Shown: positions 1 through 14,632, counted from the stretch's first letter. The stretch: DNA of 64,000 bases from Cycas panzhihuaensis (GCA_023213395.1 CM041465.1:174413741-174477740), one strand, 5' to 3'. Notes: generated from the sequence alone by a model not told the origin. Numbers and translations: made by a program.

Positions 1-1821
1 TATTCAAACACAAACCCAGAAGTCAAAAACCAAAGGCACTCTTAAGCATAATAGAGCCATAATCTTTTCAAGAAGCCAGACATTTGTCAGAATGGAGATC
101 TACAATAGATTCTGAAATGGACTCAATAGTCAAAAATCAAACATGGGAGTTAGTGAATCTACCTCTAAACAAATCTACAGTCAACTACAAGTGGATCTAC
201 AAAATTAAGGAAGGAGCAAACAGAGAAGTCAAAAAGTACAAAGCTCAACTTATAACAACAAAGTATACACAAATTACAGGTGTAGATTTTCAAGAAACCT
301 TCTCATCAGTGGTTAAGATAAACATGGTAAGAACAATCATTGCCTAGTAGCCATAACTAAATGGAAAATCTTTCAGCTTGATGTAAAAAATGCCTTTTTG
401 AATGGAGATCTTAAAGAAGATATTTACATGACACAACCCGAAGGATACGTAAAAGAAAGATAAGAACATCTGGTGTGTAAACTAAAGAAAGCATTATACA
501 AGCTAAAACAAGCTCCTTGAGTTTGGTATGCAAAATTGGATCAACATTTATGCCAAAATGGATTTCATAGAAGTAATTTAGACTCTAGTTTGTATACAAG
601 AAAAAGAGACAGGCTACTCATAGTAATTGTTGTTTATGTAGTTAATTGATTCTTACTGGAAATGATGAAGAATCAATAAAACACATAAAAGAAGAACTTC
701 AGAAGAAGTTTAAAATGATAGATCTGGGTCTCTTGAATTATTATTTAGGAGTAGAAGTAGCTTAAGAATAGAACTACATCTCAATTTTACAAAGGAAATA
801 CATAAAAGATCTACTGATAAAATTTCAAATGGAAGATTGCAATCCTTATGCAACTCTAATGGAAATTAATTGTGATCTAGTAGCAGTCAAGGAGGAACAA
901 GCAACAAATGCTATATTATACAAATAACTGGTTGGGAGTCTGATATATCTCATAGCCACTCGACCTGATATATCATACTCAATAGGAGTGATTTCTAGAT
1001 ACATGTAGGAACCTAAAATAAGACACTACAAATCATCTCAAAGAATATTGAGATACTTATAAGGGACAAAAAATTTGAGTCTAATCTACTCAAAAGGTTC
1101 TGTAACTCTTACCAGATTTTGTGACTCTGATTAGGTAGGAGACAAGGAACAAAGAAAATCCACAAGTGGATACTATTTTTTCTTAAAAATAACTACAATC
1201 TCATGGAGCAATAAGAAGCAATCTATAGTTATATTATCATCAATTGAAGCTAGATATAAGGCAACAGTAATAGCAACTTGTGAAGTAGTTTGGTTATGTC
1301 AACTTCTAGCTGAAATAGAGCAACAACAAGGTCAAGCAATAACTCTGTATTGTGATAATCAAAGCACTATTAATCTAACAAAAAATCCAATCCTATAGGA
1401 CAAAACATATAGAAGTATATCATCACTTCATAAGGGAAAAAGTTCATAGTAAATAAATTGAGCTTGAATATTGTCTCATTACAGAACAAGTAGTAGATTT
1501 GATAACAAAGCCTTTGGGAAAAGATAGATTCTAGTTCTTAAGAGACAAACTGGGACTAAATAAGATAACACATTAAGAGAGGGTGTTAGAATGCAATGTG
1601 TTATCACTAAGATATCAAAGGGGTAATGTGCACACCCTTGTAAAGTAACCGACATCATAGAATGTGACACTTGTCATTTCTAGAATTGTCAGTTACTTCT
1701 CTCTTTTTATAACGGTTATGAAACCAACTTGTACTTATAGAGACATAGTCTCCATATCAATATCAAGTGATCCTTTCTAATTAATGAATTGATTTGCCTA
1801 TTTTAATAGTGACTCTTGACA
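1..1821 (+). mobile_element. Degenerate Ty1/copia retrotransposon, 3' part (RT-RNase H, PPT, 3' LTR); same family as copia C
   Basis: ORF 84-347 reads KNQTWELVNLP...WIYKIK...GVDFQETFSSV (copia RT), followed by stop-riddled RT/RNase H motifs ([22 protein letters not shown]). PPT AAGAGAGGG 1575-1583, then LTR starting TGTTAGA at 1584. LTR end near ...TTGACA 1821 is inferred. Confidence 0.85.
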
Positions 1822-2293
<472 letters not shown>

Positions 2294-2295
2294 TG

Positions 2296-4250
2296 TAATT
2301 ATAAATTTTAATAATCACAACCTCTACTACCTCCTAGACCAACTTATTTTATTAGAAGAGTAAGCAAAATGGGTTTGAAAGGTATGCTCTCTCTCGCCTA
2401 CCCTTCAAACCTATAATCTAAGCCATTTCCACACCCTAACCATCATGGTTACAAGATCTAATAAATGATAATAATGCTTAATCTAACTTTAGCTTATGGA
2501 TTGAAAAGGTGGAAAACCATAAGGATTGGACCTTACAAAACAATAACCTCCTTTATCAAAATCATGTTTTTGTTCACCTATTATCTATTTCATTCCTCAT
2601 ATCTTATTAGAATATGATGCTACTTCTTTATGTAGACATTCAGGGTTTGATAATACCTATTGTCATGTTTGATCAAATTTTTATTAGCCTCATATAAAGG
2701 CATCAATTCTCACATATGTATCAAAATGTGACACTTCCTAAGCTAGTAAGGTAGATACCAAGGCTTAGTTAAGCCTTCTCCACCCCTTGAAATCTACTAA
2801 GGAAAATGGTAGGACATTACCATGGACTTTATTAATGGCCCCCCATCATCTATTGGGTATGATTCTATCTAAGTAATTATTAATCATTTAACCAAGTATT
2901 CTTATTTCTTGGCAATCCATACAACTTATAAAGCATGCCACTTAATTGATTTATGCATCTAGCCCATCTTCTGCTTGCAAAAATTCCCTTATACAATCGT
3001 GTCTGACATAGATCCTAAATTTATGAGTTTATTTTGGCAAGAGTTTTTCTATGCATCAAGCACTTCCTTTGATATAAAGTCATCATACCATTTATAAATG
3101 GATGGTTAATTTGAGCTTCTTAACAAAACCTTAGAGACATCCTTACATTGTTTTGTCTGAAAATACTAGAATTCATGGACCTCTTGCTTAGCCCTAACAA
3201 AATATTGGTATAATTCATCCCATTATTTTACTATTAGAATGGCCCCATTATGGCCCTTTATGGTTGCCTTCCTCCATCTCACTGTACAGGGGCCACTAAT
3301 CTTTAAACTACTAGGGTTTAATAAAAATTACAAAATATGGACCAAATCTTACATACTCTCAAGAAAATCCTGGCTTCAACCTAAAATCATATAAAGTAAT
3401 TAGTAGACGACCATTATTTTAATCAATTATTTTCTGTTGGTGATTAAGCCTTTCTTCACCTTCAATCATACAAATAATAATTATTTCATAACAGAAAAAC
3501 TCGTAAGTTCAACCCTCTATACTATATGGTCCTTATAAGGTTATGTAATATATTGGTGAGATTATTTATGCCCTTGAACTCTCCCTGACACCAACATTTA
3601 TAATGTCTTTTATAGTTCATGTCTTAAGAAGTACCTTAGAAATATTGTTATCCCTAAGTCCACCCTCTTAATCCTTAATGAAGAAGAACTCCTCAACATT
3701 CCTCTCGAAATCATCTTTTATAATTAACAACATTGTGTTTGGAACATGACCATTTCTAAGTATCTATATAATGGACTAATTGTGAACCTAATGAAGCAAC
3801 ATGGAAATCAATCGATTTTATTAAACAACATCTACATCTTTTAGACTTTAGGGGCTTAGCATCTCAAAGGCGAGAACTTACTATATAATTGTTATAGCTA
3901 GCAGAATATGAGTATCTATACATATGACCAAGGTAGATAAAGGTTAATATTAACTATTAATATATGTGTGTGAGCCATACAAGTCTACTAGTGGAATTAA
4001 AGGCCAAATACCCCACAATAGGATTATACAAGAAGCAACCACTTTTGCCTATTTTAGGTAGAGTATTTGTAAAAACAGTTTCTATGTGTTTTAGTTCATT
4101 TATAATAGTGTACTTTTTATGAGTTTGGTGTATATTTTTATGTTATTACAAGTGTCCTTTGTTCTTTTGTGATCTTTTGCTAAATAAAGTTATCAATAAA
4201 AACCTATTGGCTACTCTTTTATACTTCGTTCTTAGGCTCTTTATTACAAA
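2296..4250 (+). mobile_element. Degenerate Ty3/gypsy relic (RNase H end, integrase, chromodomain, PPT, 3' LTR), related to element A
   Basis: Colinear with 21310-22955 of element A (e.g. ATGGACTTTATT, ATGCTCTCTCTCG, GAAGCAACATGGAA). The region after ~3880 resembles element A's LTR (ATTAACTATTAA, AAAGGCCAAATACC). Many stop codons; right end approximate. Confidence 0.8.
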
Positions 4251-4446
4251 TTGGTGTAGAATTACTAGTTGGACCATTCCACGCTTCTCATTCTAAACCA
4301 ATTCATCAGTCATATCTTTCTCCTTTAAATATAAATAATCTTTTGATTTAATAATAATAATAGTAAATTAAGGATAAAGAATAATGTTCTTGGTCTATTA
4401 AATTTTCCTCTACATAGGTCATGGTTCCATTTTAATAAATGTTAAT

Positions 4447-6160
4447 GTTTCTCATAGGTATACTCAATAATGAACCCTTCTAAGCATTTGTTAGTATTGG
4501 TGAGTAACGTGTTTATGTGGATATATCAGGTCACATGTTTTGGATATTTCATCTTTGAAAACTCTTTCTAGATTAGTAAATCTATAAGAGTGTATTTCAC
4601 CTTATATATTAGTAAAAAATTACTTCATTGATGGATGTAAGAGAATTTACCTAATACACTCCACCCAAACGGTGACAACTGTGACTGAAATCATGTAGGA
4701 GAATAAAATTTAGGTTTATAACACATGGGATAATGGTTCTCTCTTACAGGTGTACTTAATAATCAACTCTTCTAATCATATGTTAGTACCAATGAGTAAT
4801 ATGTTTAAGTGTGAATACACTAAGTTACATATTTCGAACATTTTGCCTTTAAAGGCTCTTTTGAGATTGGCAAAATATATTATTTGTCAATATTAATAAA
4901 TACTTAATACTTAGAAGGGTTAATTATTGAGTACACCTATGAGAGATAACTTTTCCCCCATATGCTGTATATTTGAATTAGATTCTTCTATGTGATTTCA
5001 GTCTTAGCTGTCATTAGTTAGGCAAAGTATGTTACATAAATTGTCCTACATTTATTAGTAGAGTGAACTATCAATAGTATATCAGATAAAACACACCCTT
5101 ATAACTTTGTCAATTTGAAAAGAATCTTCAAGAGAGAAAGTCTAAAATATGTAACTTGGTGCATCCACACCTAAACACATTACTCCTCGATACTAACAAA
5201 TGCTTAGAATAGTTGATTATTGAGTATACCTATGAGAGATAACCCCACTCCCATGTGCTACATGCTTAAATTTAATTCTCTTCTATGATTTTAATCTTGG
5301 CTGTTATTACTTACGTGGACTGTATTGAACAAATTATCTTGCATTTATTAGTAGAATAAAATCTCATTACTATATAAGATAAAACAAACCCCTACAGATT
5401 TACAAATCTAGAAAGCCTTTGAAACTAAAAAGCCAAAAATATGTAACTCAGTATATTCATAGTTAAACACATTACTTATCGACAGTTACAAATGCTTAGA
5501 AAGGTTGATTGTTGAGTATACATGTGAGAGAAAACCCTGCCCCCTTGTGTCACAACTAAATTTGATTCTCTTACATGATTTCAGTCTTAGTTGTCATCGC
5601 TTGGGTGGAGTGTGTTGGCCAAATTCTCATACATTCATTAAAAGAGTGAACTTTCACTATTATATAAGGTAAAACATAACTCTATAGCTTTGGCACTCTA
5701 AAAAGGCCTTCGAGAATGAAAAGCCTGAAATGTGACTTAGTATATCTACACCTAAACACATTACTCTTTGGTACTAAGAAATATTTAGAAGGATTGATTA
5801 TTGAGTATACCTCTAAGATGAAACCTTGCTTCCATATGTTACATACACAAATTTTATTCTTGTACATAATTTCAATATCATTTTTCACCACTTAGATAGA
5901 GTATTTTAGTCAAATTATCTAATATTTATTAGCGGAACGAACTCTTATTAGTATATAAGACAAAATACATTCTCACAACTTTGCCAATCTAGAAAGAGCT
6001 TTCAAGGGTAAAATTCTTGAAATGTGTGACTTGATGCATCTACACTTAAACACATTGCTTGTCGATACTAACAAATACTTAGAATAGTTGATTATTGAGT
6101 ATACTTGTGAGAGAGAACCCCACCCCCATGTGCTGCATGCCTAAATTTGTTTCTTCTCTA
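4447..6160. repeat. ~292-bp tandem array: ~4.4 forward copies plus ~1.5 inverted copies
   Basis: Motif TTAGAANNGTTGATTATTGAGTATACCTATGAGAG recurs at ~4911, 5204, 5496, 5785 and 6079. Its reverse complement (CTCATAGGTATACTCAATAAT) occurs at 4451 and ~4743. Confidence 0.9.
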
Positions 6161-9123
6161 TGTAAATTTTATTTATTTATTTTTATTTGTATGGCCTCAA
6201 AATAATTTCCTATAACTTATAAATAAACCTAAAATTTAGCATTAGGAACCTTACTATTAAAAATTGACATTTTAATAATTCTTATTTACTTAGCACTTTG
6301 CATATTTGAACAGGAGTCAATTTTTTTTTTTTTTATTGTCCAATTTGGACTTTTTGCTAGGTTTAGGTTTAAGAAAATCTTATTTTATTTAGTAATCTCT
6401 TCATTCTCAAGATCTCTTTCTTCATCCTCTTCTTGAGTTTTAATATATTTTTCAAAGATTTCATCATCATCTTATCTCTTTTTTAGACATCTAAAGTTTT
6501 TTAGATTATCTCTTCTTAGCTTAGGGTAATATATTTAAAAGAGGATTAACATACCCCTATAAGAAAGACTACTGGCATCAAGAAAATATGATCCATACTT
6601 CATTGTCATCTAATTAGTGATCATTCTACCAAGGGATAAATCTATGATACATCCAAAGATACCTAAGCTAGTCCATGAAAATCCATTATTCGTGAAGAAT
6701 TAAAATGCAATACTTTGTATAGGAAGTATTATGAGTCAATTAACTCAAACATTGATTTACCAAAATAGTAATGCATTCAATCACCTAATTATTTATGATA
6801 TAAGTGACCTAATAGAACGCCTAATCATATTTCATAACTCGATCATAATATTAGGTACCATCTATGACTTACATGTCAATTGATAGTTTTGGAGAGCATA
6901 ATTAATACAACCTTAGCATCATTATTTGAACACCAACCAACTTAAGAATTCATCAAGATAATGTTTTTATAGATATTCCAAGAATAATACACTAACTAAG
7001 CTATCACTTATGTGCTACATGGGATTAGGCAATGACATGGTAAATTGTATTAGATTATGAACATAGAGTATGCAATCTTATATCTAGAATGATTTCAATT
7101 GAAATTGATCTTAACTATCTCTACCTAAATTATGGGAGAGGCTAAGACAACACCCATTAGGCAATTACCATCATGCAAGAGATTTGACACTAAAAATTAG
7201 AATCCAAATGAATAACAAAGGTGAGCCATCAAGGGAGGATGGCATTTTTTTATAACTTCAAGAAGAAATCTAGGAGTTGAGGGCAACAATAATATATCAT
7301 GTAACTAGAAAAGCCGACAATGATTTCAAAGTAATACTCCACGTAGAATTGGGGCAACTAAAGTTGGAATTCATAAGATCTTAAAAGTAGATATCCAAAA
7401 CAAATCATCAAATTATTATTGAAGTAAGTCATAAGCACAAAACCATAAATCACTAAGATGGCTAACTTGAGGATGAGAAATGGTACATGAAATGTGAAAT
7501 TACAAATAAGGAAACGTTATTAAAACAAACCTAAAATTGAATTGTGTGGTTGAAGATGAGGATGTGGAATGTCAATGTCAATCTATGCAACTAATGCATC
7601 ACCAAATGTACTAACAAAGAAAAAATAAGAAGGAAAACATAGATTTCATTTTATTTGGAGTTTAGCCACAAGAGAGTAAAATGTCAATATCAGAAAATTG
7701 GTGACAAATGTTTCCATATGTATAAAATTATAAGCTTGGGTTCCACAATTCTAAGGATTATCGCTTGATTATCAAAACTAATAATTTGGTATCCATAGTA
7801 TGGTGTTATTGTCAAGCCATCTTAGTAGTCAGTTAACAAATGAGAAGTGGTGCCAATCTAAACCTCAAGAAGGAGACCAATCAATTATCATCATTAAGAA
7901 AGAATTGGAAGAAGTGGTCTAACAAGCAAAAAAAGGATTAATAGAAATTGCATGATCCAAAGATTAAAAGTATATAAAGACAAAAGGATACTATGAAATC
8001 CACAAAGGCAAATGATATTTACAAATTAATTTGATTAATAGTTTGATATCACATAATTGTTTAAATCTTAAATAATATTTCAAAAAAGAATTACTTTTTC
8101 TCTAAATAAACGATGCTATGCTTATAATACACTAAATATATAATATGTACTTTCTTTATAATAAGTATATGATATATGAATAGTTATATGATTGATATAA
8201 TGATCTAGAATCATTATTTATTTTTCTTAAGTTACTATATTTGTTGTTTATTATTACATATTTTATATAGTTACCTATGACAATTAATACCCTTATGGAA
8301 GTTGATATGAAGGAATGAATGCACATTACTAAAAGAGAAGGGCACTCTCTTCCCTTATTTGAGAGATGAATAGACAAGGTTTATGAAATTATAACTAATG
8401 AAGAAGGGACATGCTATATTATGTATGAGGTGGTGCTCATTAGGAGTTTTGGTTTATGTATATAAGCATGTGCTATATTTGGATAAATGCTTTTACTTTT
8501 GTGTAATTAAATATCCTCTATGTTTGGTAGATGTTTTTTGTGTGTTGTTTAGTAGATGTGCATTATTCTTATTTAGTAGATGTGCATGTGTGTATGTGCT
8601 TTGTTTGGTTGAAAAATGTAATTTATTTAAGCATATATATGGCGTATCTTTGAGAGATCAACATGAATCAATAATAGAAAACAGGGACACAGTAATCTTT
8701 TTAGCTTAAGATGGGTTTTGTTCATTTACTTTTCTATAAAGTTAAGTGCTTAATTTTAGGAAGGTGTTACGTTACATTACATATATATAGTTGCAAATGC
8801 ATACATAAGGTTATCAAGGATATGGATACTATAGTTATTATTATTGTTGCTATTATGTGGTTTGATGTCATAAGTATTTTAGATATAGGAGCTATAGCTT
8901 TGATAGTTATATACCATGGGAACTTAATTTTAATTGATTGTCCTCTTAAATGCTTTTGATGGTGGCTATTATATGTAATCATGATCATGCTTTTGTAGAA
9001 GTGTATCAATGATGGATATACATGTGTGTGAAGAGACTTTATAATTATATGGTTATTGTGTTTTATTGGATGAGTATAGATTGCATAATTTGCTTGACAT
9101 ATAATTATTTACTTGGTTATAAT

Positions 9124-9505
9124 GTGGAGCATTACTTAATAAAGACTAGTATAACACGGTCACATCCAATAATATGGGCAGGATTTTTAGTATGAGAGCA
9201 TTATGATTGCATTTTTCTAGTTGAGATTTACAATTATGATTTGACAACATAGAGATATGTTAATAATGGAGCATTGTGATATGCTAGACATGGAGCACTA
9301 TGATGTCTTAATAAGGTGGAGCATTACAGAATAAAGACTAATATAACATGGTCACATCAAATAATATGGCCAGAATTTTTAGTAATAGAGCACTATGATT
9401 GCATTTTTCTAGTTGAGAATTACAATTACGATTTGACAACATGGAGATATGCTACTTATGGAGCACCATGATGCGTTAGACATGGAGCACTTTGATGTGT
9501 TAATT
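9124..9505. repeat. Two-copy ~192-bp tandem duplication with internal ATGGAGCAY subrepeats
   Basis: GTGGAGCATTAC...ATAAAGACTA...GGTCACATC...GCATTTTTCTAGTTGAGA starts at 9124 and again at ~9316. Confidence 0.85.
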
Positions 9506-10157
9506 GTGATGGGGTTATGGCTTGGATGTGTTTAGATATTCTATGGCTCTTATTATAAGATACATCAATAAGTTATTATAGCTTGTTTAATTATGTTAGT
9601 TATATGCATTGCTTTAGTTGCTTAACTAAAGATTAATATGCTTCTTAGGCCTATATGCATGGATTTCCTTTGGTCTCTAATTCAAGGATAAGTAAGAGAG
9701 ATTTGATCACATAGTCAATGTGGAACATGACTCATTTATTCATATATTTGGTGATGAATACAAGGAGATTTATAGACTAAACATCTTTAAACTTGGGCAA
9801 TATATTTCCTTAAATTTTACATTTAAATGATGAAAATAGTGATATGAATGAGATGAAAAATAAATATGAATTCACAAGTATGAATTGCGTGGATAAATTT
9901 GAAAGTATTAGTAGTAGGAAGGTAGTGTCATAATTATAAGTATGAATGGAAAATTAGATTTATTTTATAATAGATATTTAGTCATTTAATTACTAAGGTC
10001 TTCTAATGTAGAATAAAATGTTGAATATGTTATAAAATTTTAACTATAAACAATTATGGACCTTATATGAGATCCTTTACTTCTTGTTTGAAACAAGAAG
10101 TAGTTCTACTATATTAACAAGAACACTACTAGATAAGATTGATTAATATGCATAAAA

Positions 10158-10181
10158 GAAGAAGAAGAAGAAGAAGAAGAA
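10158..10181. repeat. (GAA)8 microsatellite
   Basis: Read directly from the sequence. Confidence 0.9.
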
Positions 10182-10349
10182 ACTATACCAACTAACGAAA
10201 TCATAAATTAGTAGCAAAGCTATAACATATGAAATGGGAATATAATGGTCATACTAGATACCAACACTAGCAACCTTAATTTTAACAATATAAATAATCT
10301 ATTATATACAAAGACATAATATTCAAAAGACAAACAATATTGTTAGATC

Positions 10350-11140
10350 TATTAAGTTAAATTTAAGTTCTAAGTACAAGAGATAAGAACAAAACTTAAT
10401 ATAATGGAATTAGAAGAGGTATATTACATTTTCAATGGATATAACCAAACTCTTAAGATTCAATTCTTTCAATTCATGAGAAAGTACATTTATTAATAAC
10501 TAATGAAATGGACTCATAAAAATAGAACTCTCACCAAAACTAAGACGTTCTAAATTCACTCTTATATGCATTTATATATACTAAATTATATATACTTAAA
10601 AGACTATATTATACTAAATATACAACTCAATTAGCACACACTTTAAGTAAAACCCAACCAAGACATTATTTCTAACACCCCTCTATAATGTTTATTCCAT
10701 TGGATTTAACCTTTAAATGGTACATCAACATCCAAAACATGTCCTTCATTTGCTTTCTAATGAAATGCAAGTTTATTTACTAAATTTATCACATTATAAT
10801 TATTGTAGAACAATGAAGTAGACAAATCATGTTAATAATTTAAATTTGCTAAATTTTTTTCAAGATATGTCAACTCATAAATTTTCACAATTGCTATTTT
10901 TTTATTTTAATTTTGTGGATGAAAATACAACTATGCTATTTTTTTTATGCTACTGTGAAATAATGCTTGAATCAAGGCTGAAAACAATACCATGAAGATG
11001 TTTTTATATCATCTTTTTTTCCTAACTTAATCTAAATCACTAAAACCAATTAATTTTAAATTTGATACCTTTACATGTTCTAACCTAAAATGTAATATAC
11101 CCTCAACATACCTCAATATTCTTTTAGATGATTTTGACTT
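10350..11140 (-). mobile_element. Highly degenerate Ty1/copia 3' relic (RNase H, PPT, LTR)
   Basis: Minus strand gives KRILRY, VVFSST and HFIRKQ-like RNase H remnants, then PPT AGAGGGG (10678-10684) and an LTR start TGTTAGA at 10677. Left boundary approximate. Confidence 0.6.
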
Positions 11141-14100
11141 TACTTTTATTTATGCCTTTTCATTTTCTTTTTGTTTAATTCATTGAACAAAATCAATTTT
11201 GACCCCTTCAATTTAAGTCCAAGTGCTTCAAAATTGAGTACAAGTTTTAGATATCCTTAAGTCGGCTCGGTAACAATGCTAAGATTTTAGAGGAGCTGAT
11301 AAGGGAAATGAGGTCCCATGGATTTTTCCATTTCCCTTCATCGCTCTCTCCGCCATGCAACCCTCTCTTGTTATTACTTACCAAATTCAATTTGGCAGGT
11401 GAATGAGTGAAAGAGTCCTAAATAATGGATTAATGCCATAAGAATTCAGATTTGCCTAAGTAGTAATAGCTCAATCAAACTCTATATTTACGTAACCTCA
11501 ATGAATAAAATATTAACAGAATTGTATACAACAACGGGTTGGCAGATGGTGAGCAATCGATATCAAAATTGTGTTGTTGGATGTCAATAGGTGTTTGACA
11601 CCAAATATGAGTTGTTTTGGCAATGGGATCGAGATGATCGGAGACTAAAAAATACGATATATATATATATGAAAAAAATTTAAAATTTTGAGAACACAAA
11701 AAATAATTTTAAAAAAGAAACAACAACAGTACCTTCTGCTAGGGAATATACGAAAAATGACAATGCTGTGTAACCCTGTAGGAAGCACATTCCATTTCCA
11801 AAAAGTGTTGAGGAGGAGCATTCTAGGGAAGCAATCGTGATAATTGGGCACTCGGTCATATTGAAAGACGATATGGTCGTAAACAATAATGTGGTTATAG
11901 AAATCTGAAGCAATCTCAGTGGGTTGCAGCTAAGAATATAGACGGTGGTACCATTGCGTCAAAAGACAGTCTGTCCACGGTGGACAAGTTAGCATGCGAC
12001 TACGGAAGGACACCACAGTTGGCCAATCCAACAGGAATGCAAGGGAACCATTTTGTTTCACAGAGATTGGGAACGTACAATACGAGCAATCTGGCAAGGA
12101 CACCGCTCAACTTATGCATCGTTACTAAGTTACAGAAGTTGTTGACGATAATTTTAATCAATCAAGGGAAGAGAGGAGAACATTGTTAAATTTTCACAAT
12201 TTGAGGGTCCAGAGTGTTGGATGAAGGATGTTGACTAGTTTTGTACCCAATGCATATAGGAATTTTGGGCACAATGTTTCATATAGAACGGCCTGCTGTA
12301 AAGTGCCCTATACAGAATAACCCAACAATATGGAATAGTGACGAACACCTAGAGATGAGAATAACTAGTTGAGAGCAGTATACACAACTGTCATTCCAGT
12401 TAGAGATGGAAAATCAATTAAAGATTAGTGAATGAATAGACTGACTACAGAATATTCAAGTGTAAAATAATTGCACCAAAACTGCAATACAATTGCGATA
12501 AGAGTCGTAAACCAATCATAAAACGTTGACAAAGTGTTGATAGAATGGTGATAATACAGATAAAACAATGGTAGTATGTCCATAAAATAACAGTTTTACA
12601 GCAGCTTTACAATGGTGGTTTAATAACGTTTTTACAATGGTGTGACCGTGCAATCAGCCGTTCAGAATGATGCGGTAATACAGCCAACAGATTATCTGTA
12701 GTTTCATTAATAATTAATGGTTATTTAATAAAGAAAGCCATATTAGTAAATGCCAATAAGTGGCATCTCTTCATGGATATACGTATTAGGCAAGTACAAA
12801 TAGGCTATTCTCACATCTTATTGCATATGAAAACCAAGTGCAACAAATAGTCAAGTGCCTAATGCATTACAAGTTCTAAGAAGTATTACGTGTTGAGTGT
12901 CCACATCCCTCTGATCCATGGTATCCTATCATGAATAATTTGCATGGACGATGAAATAGCCAAGGCTGTTATGTGTAAATAAACAATTTCAATTGATCCA
13001 GCTATGGGCATTATATGATGAGCCTTCCTGCATAGAGATAATGGCCATGTCAGCGGTCCATGCCCTTCACAATTTACTAGTGTCATTTAAAATAGCCTTG
13101 GGAAAGTTATTGAGCCAATTATCGGTAAGCAAAAACTGTTGAAAATCTATGGAAATTATATTCAACTACAACTAGTATTTCATATAACATGAATTTGTTA
13201 ATTCAGAGTCAGTACATCAAAGGAGCGATTTCAATGAATTTTAAAATTAATGCACTAAGGCATTTCTTAGAAAAAAGTACAATTTGTACAAGTTTGCCAA
13301 TTTTCTTGGGATTGTGATTTACAATTAATTGAACTCCACATTGTAGTAGAGTTTCTTATTATTGGTTTCAATTCTTATGGAGCCTGGTCAATGTGGCTTC
13401 ATCAATGTGTGATAAGAAAGGCCAAAACAATGTGCCCAGCATATCATTTTGTCAAGCAGGTTTTCTAGAAGTCCTCCGTGAATGCATCACCCCACAATAA
13501 CAAGCTACATTATACAAAGCTATGATACCATGCTTATCCAAATATCCAGAAATGAAGACACAATGGATTGCCTTGCAAAAATCAACTCAATTAGTGTTTT
13601 ACCTCAAAGAGTACTAATCTCAAAATATCATGATGTTTTTTTCAATGTTCGGGGTTTGTTTTGCATCAGTACTAAGAATACCTTTCGATCACAAGAAGTA
13701 CAATGAAGCAATTTCAGAAGATAAGAAGCTGCTGGCACAGTAGGAGACACTCGTCTGAAAGATTAATGACTAGGCCATCAAATTTAATCATTATCAGATA
13801 AAATATTCTATTACAATGAATGAGCAATAATTACTCAACTGCTAAATACAAAAGCAGCATACTTTACATGACCTGCATTCTTTCTGGTATTTACAGGATT
13901 TTTCCTTCCCCTTTCTGTAAAAGGCTCAATGACTGCTGCCCCAACAAAGTGAAATAGGTTCATTGAATTTTTACAGCATATTGATAGCAGTGTAAATCTG
14001 AAATATAATTTTCTGAAGATTTTTCACAATCGAATTATCTGTAAAAGCTTTAACAGCATGCTGCTGGAACTAATCATCTTGTCCTGTAGACACTCCATGC

Positions 14101-14145
14101 TTGAATTATCAGTTTTGAATATTCTAGAATAAGTGCCCAAAACAA

Positions 14146-14433
14146 TCATGCTCTCACTTCAACTACATCACCATCCTTCAACTGTGTGTGAGGAAGTGCA
14201 AGTTGACCATTAACAAATACAAGTTTCCCATCCAATCCTAATCTTCTAGCAGCATCAGCAGCAGTGCTACCAAATTGCATTCGCATGATCTCTCCATCTG
14301 GCCATCGTATAATGACCACTTCAGAGAGCACTGCAGAATTTGGATGACCAGGTGTTAGTGCATTGGCTATACCAAAGGCAGCTTCGTGCTGCAACTGCTC
14401 CTCCCATTGAAGCATTGCTCTCAGGAGACAAAC
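14146..14433 (-). CDS. Terminal coding exon of a plant RelA/SpoT-homologue (RSH)-like protein; C-terminal TGS/beta-grasp domain
   Basis: Acceptor aaacag| then VCLLRAMLQWEEQL...EVVIIRWPDGEIMRMQFGSTAADAARRLGLDGKLVFVNGQLALPHTQLKDGDVVEVRA*. 288 nt, phase 0. GSTAAD and VNG...L.DGDVVEV are TGS hallmarks. The family call rests on recalled plant RSH C-termini, not a search. Confidence 0.88.
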   Translation of the reverse strand, partial: VCLLRAMLQWEEQLQHEAAFGIANALTPGHPNSAVLSEVVIIRWPDGEIMRMQFGSTAADAARRLGLDGKLVFVNGQLALPHTQLKDGDVVEVRA

Positions 14434-14632
14434 CTGTTTTCCGGCATGTCAAAATTACATTGAATTAGCTATAAAATTGAGTCAAGAGAGCTAACATGTA
14501 ACCTCAGAATGTTCAGTTATTCCCAATTTGTATTTCAATTTGACATGACTATCTAACCAAATTCACAACTTTGGACTCCAGTTTAAAAAACAGTTTTTCT
14601 CTGTAAAGCAACGGAGTTTTAAATTTCCTTGC

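Noticed and set aside
4447-6160. Regularly spaced conserved motifs resembling a CRISPR array
   Set aside because: The intervening sequences are homologous to each other (whole 292-bp monomers), the context is eukaryotic, and there are no cas genes.
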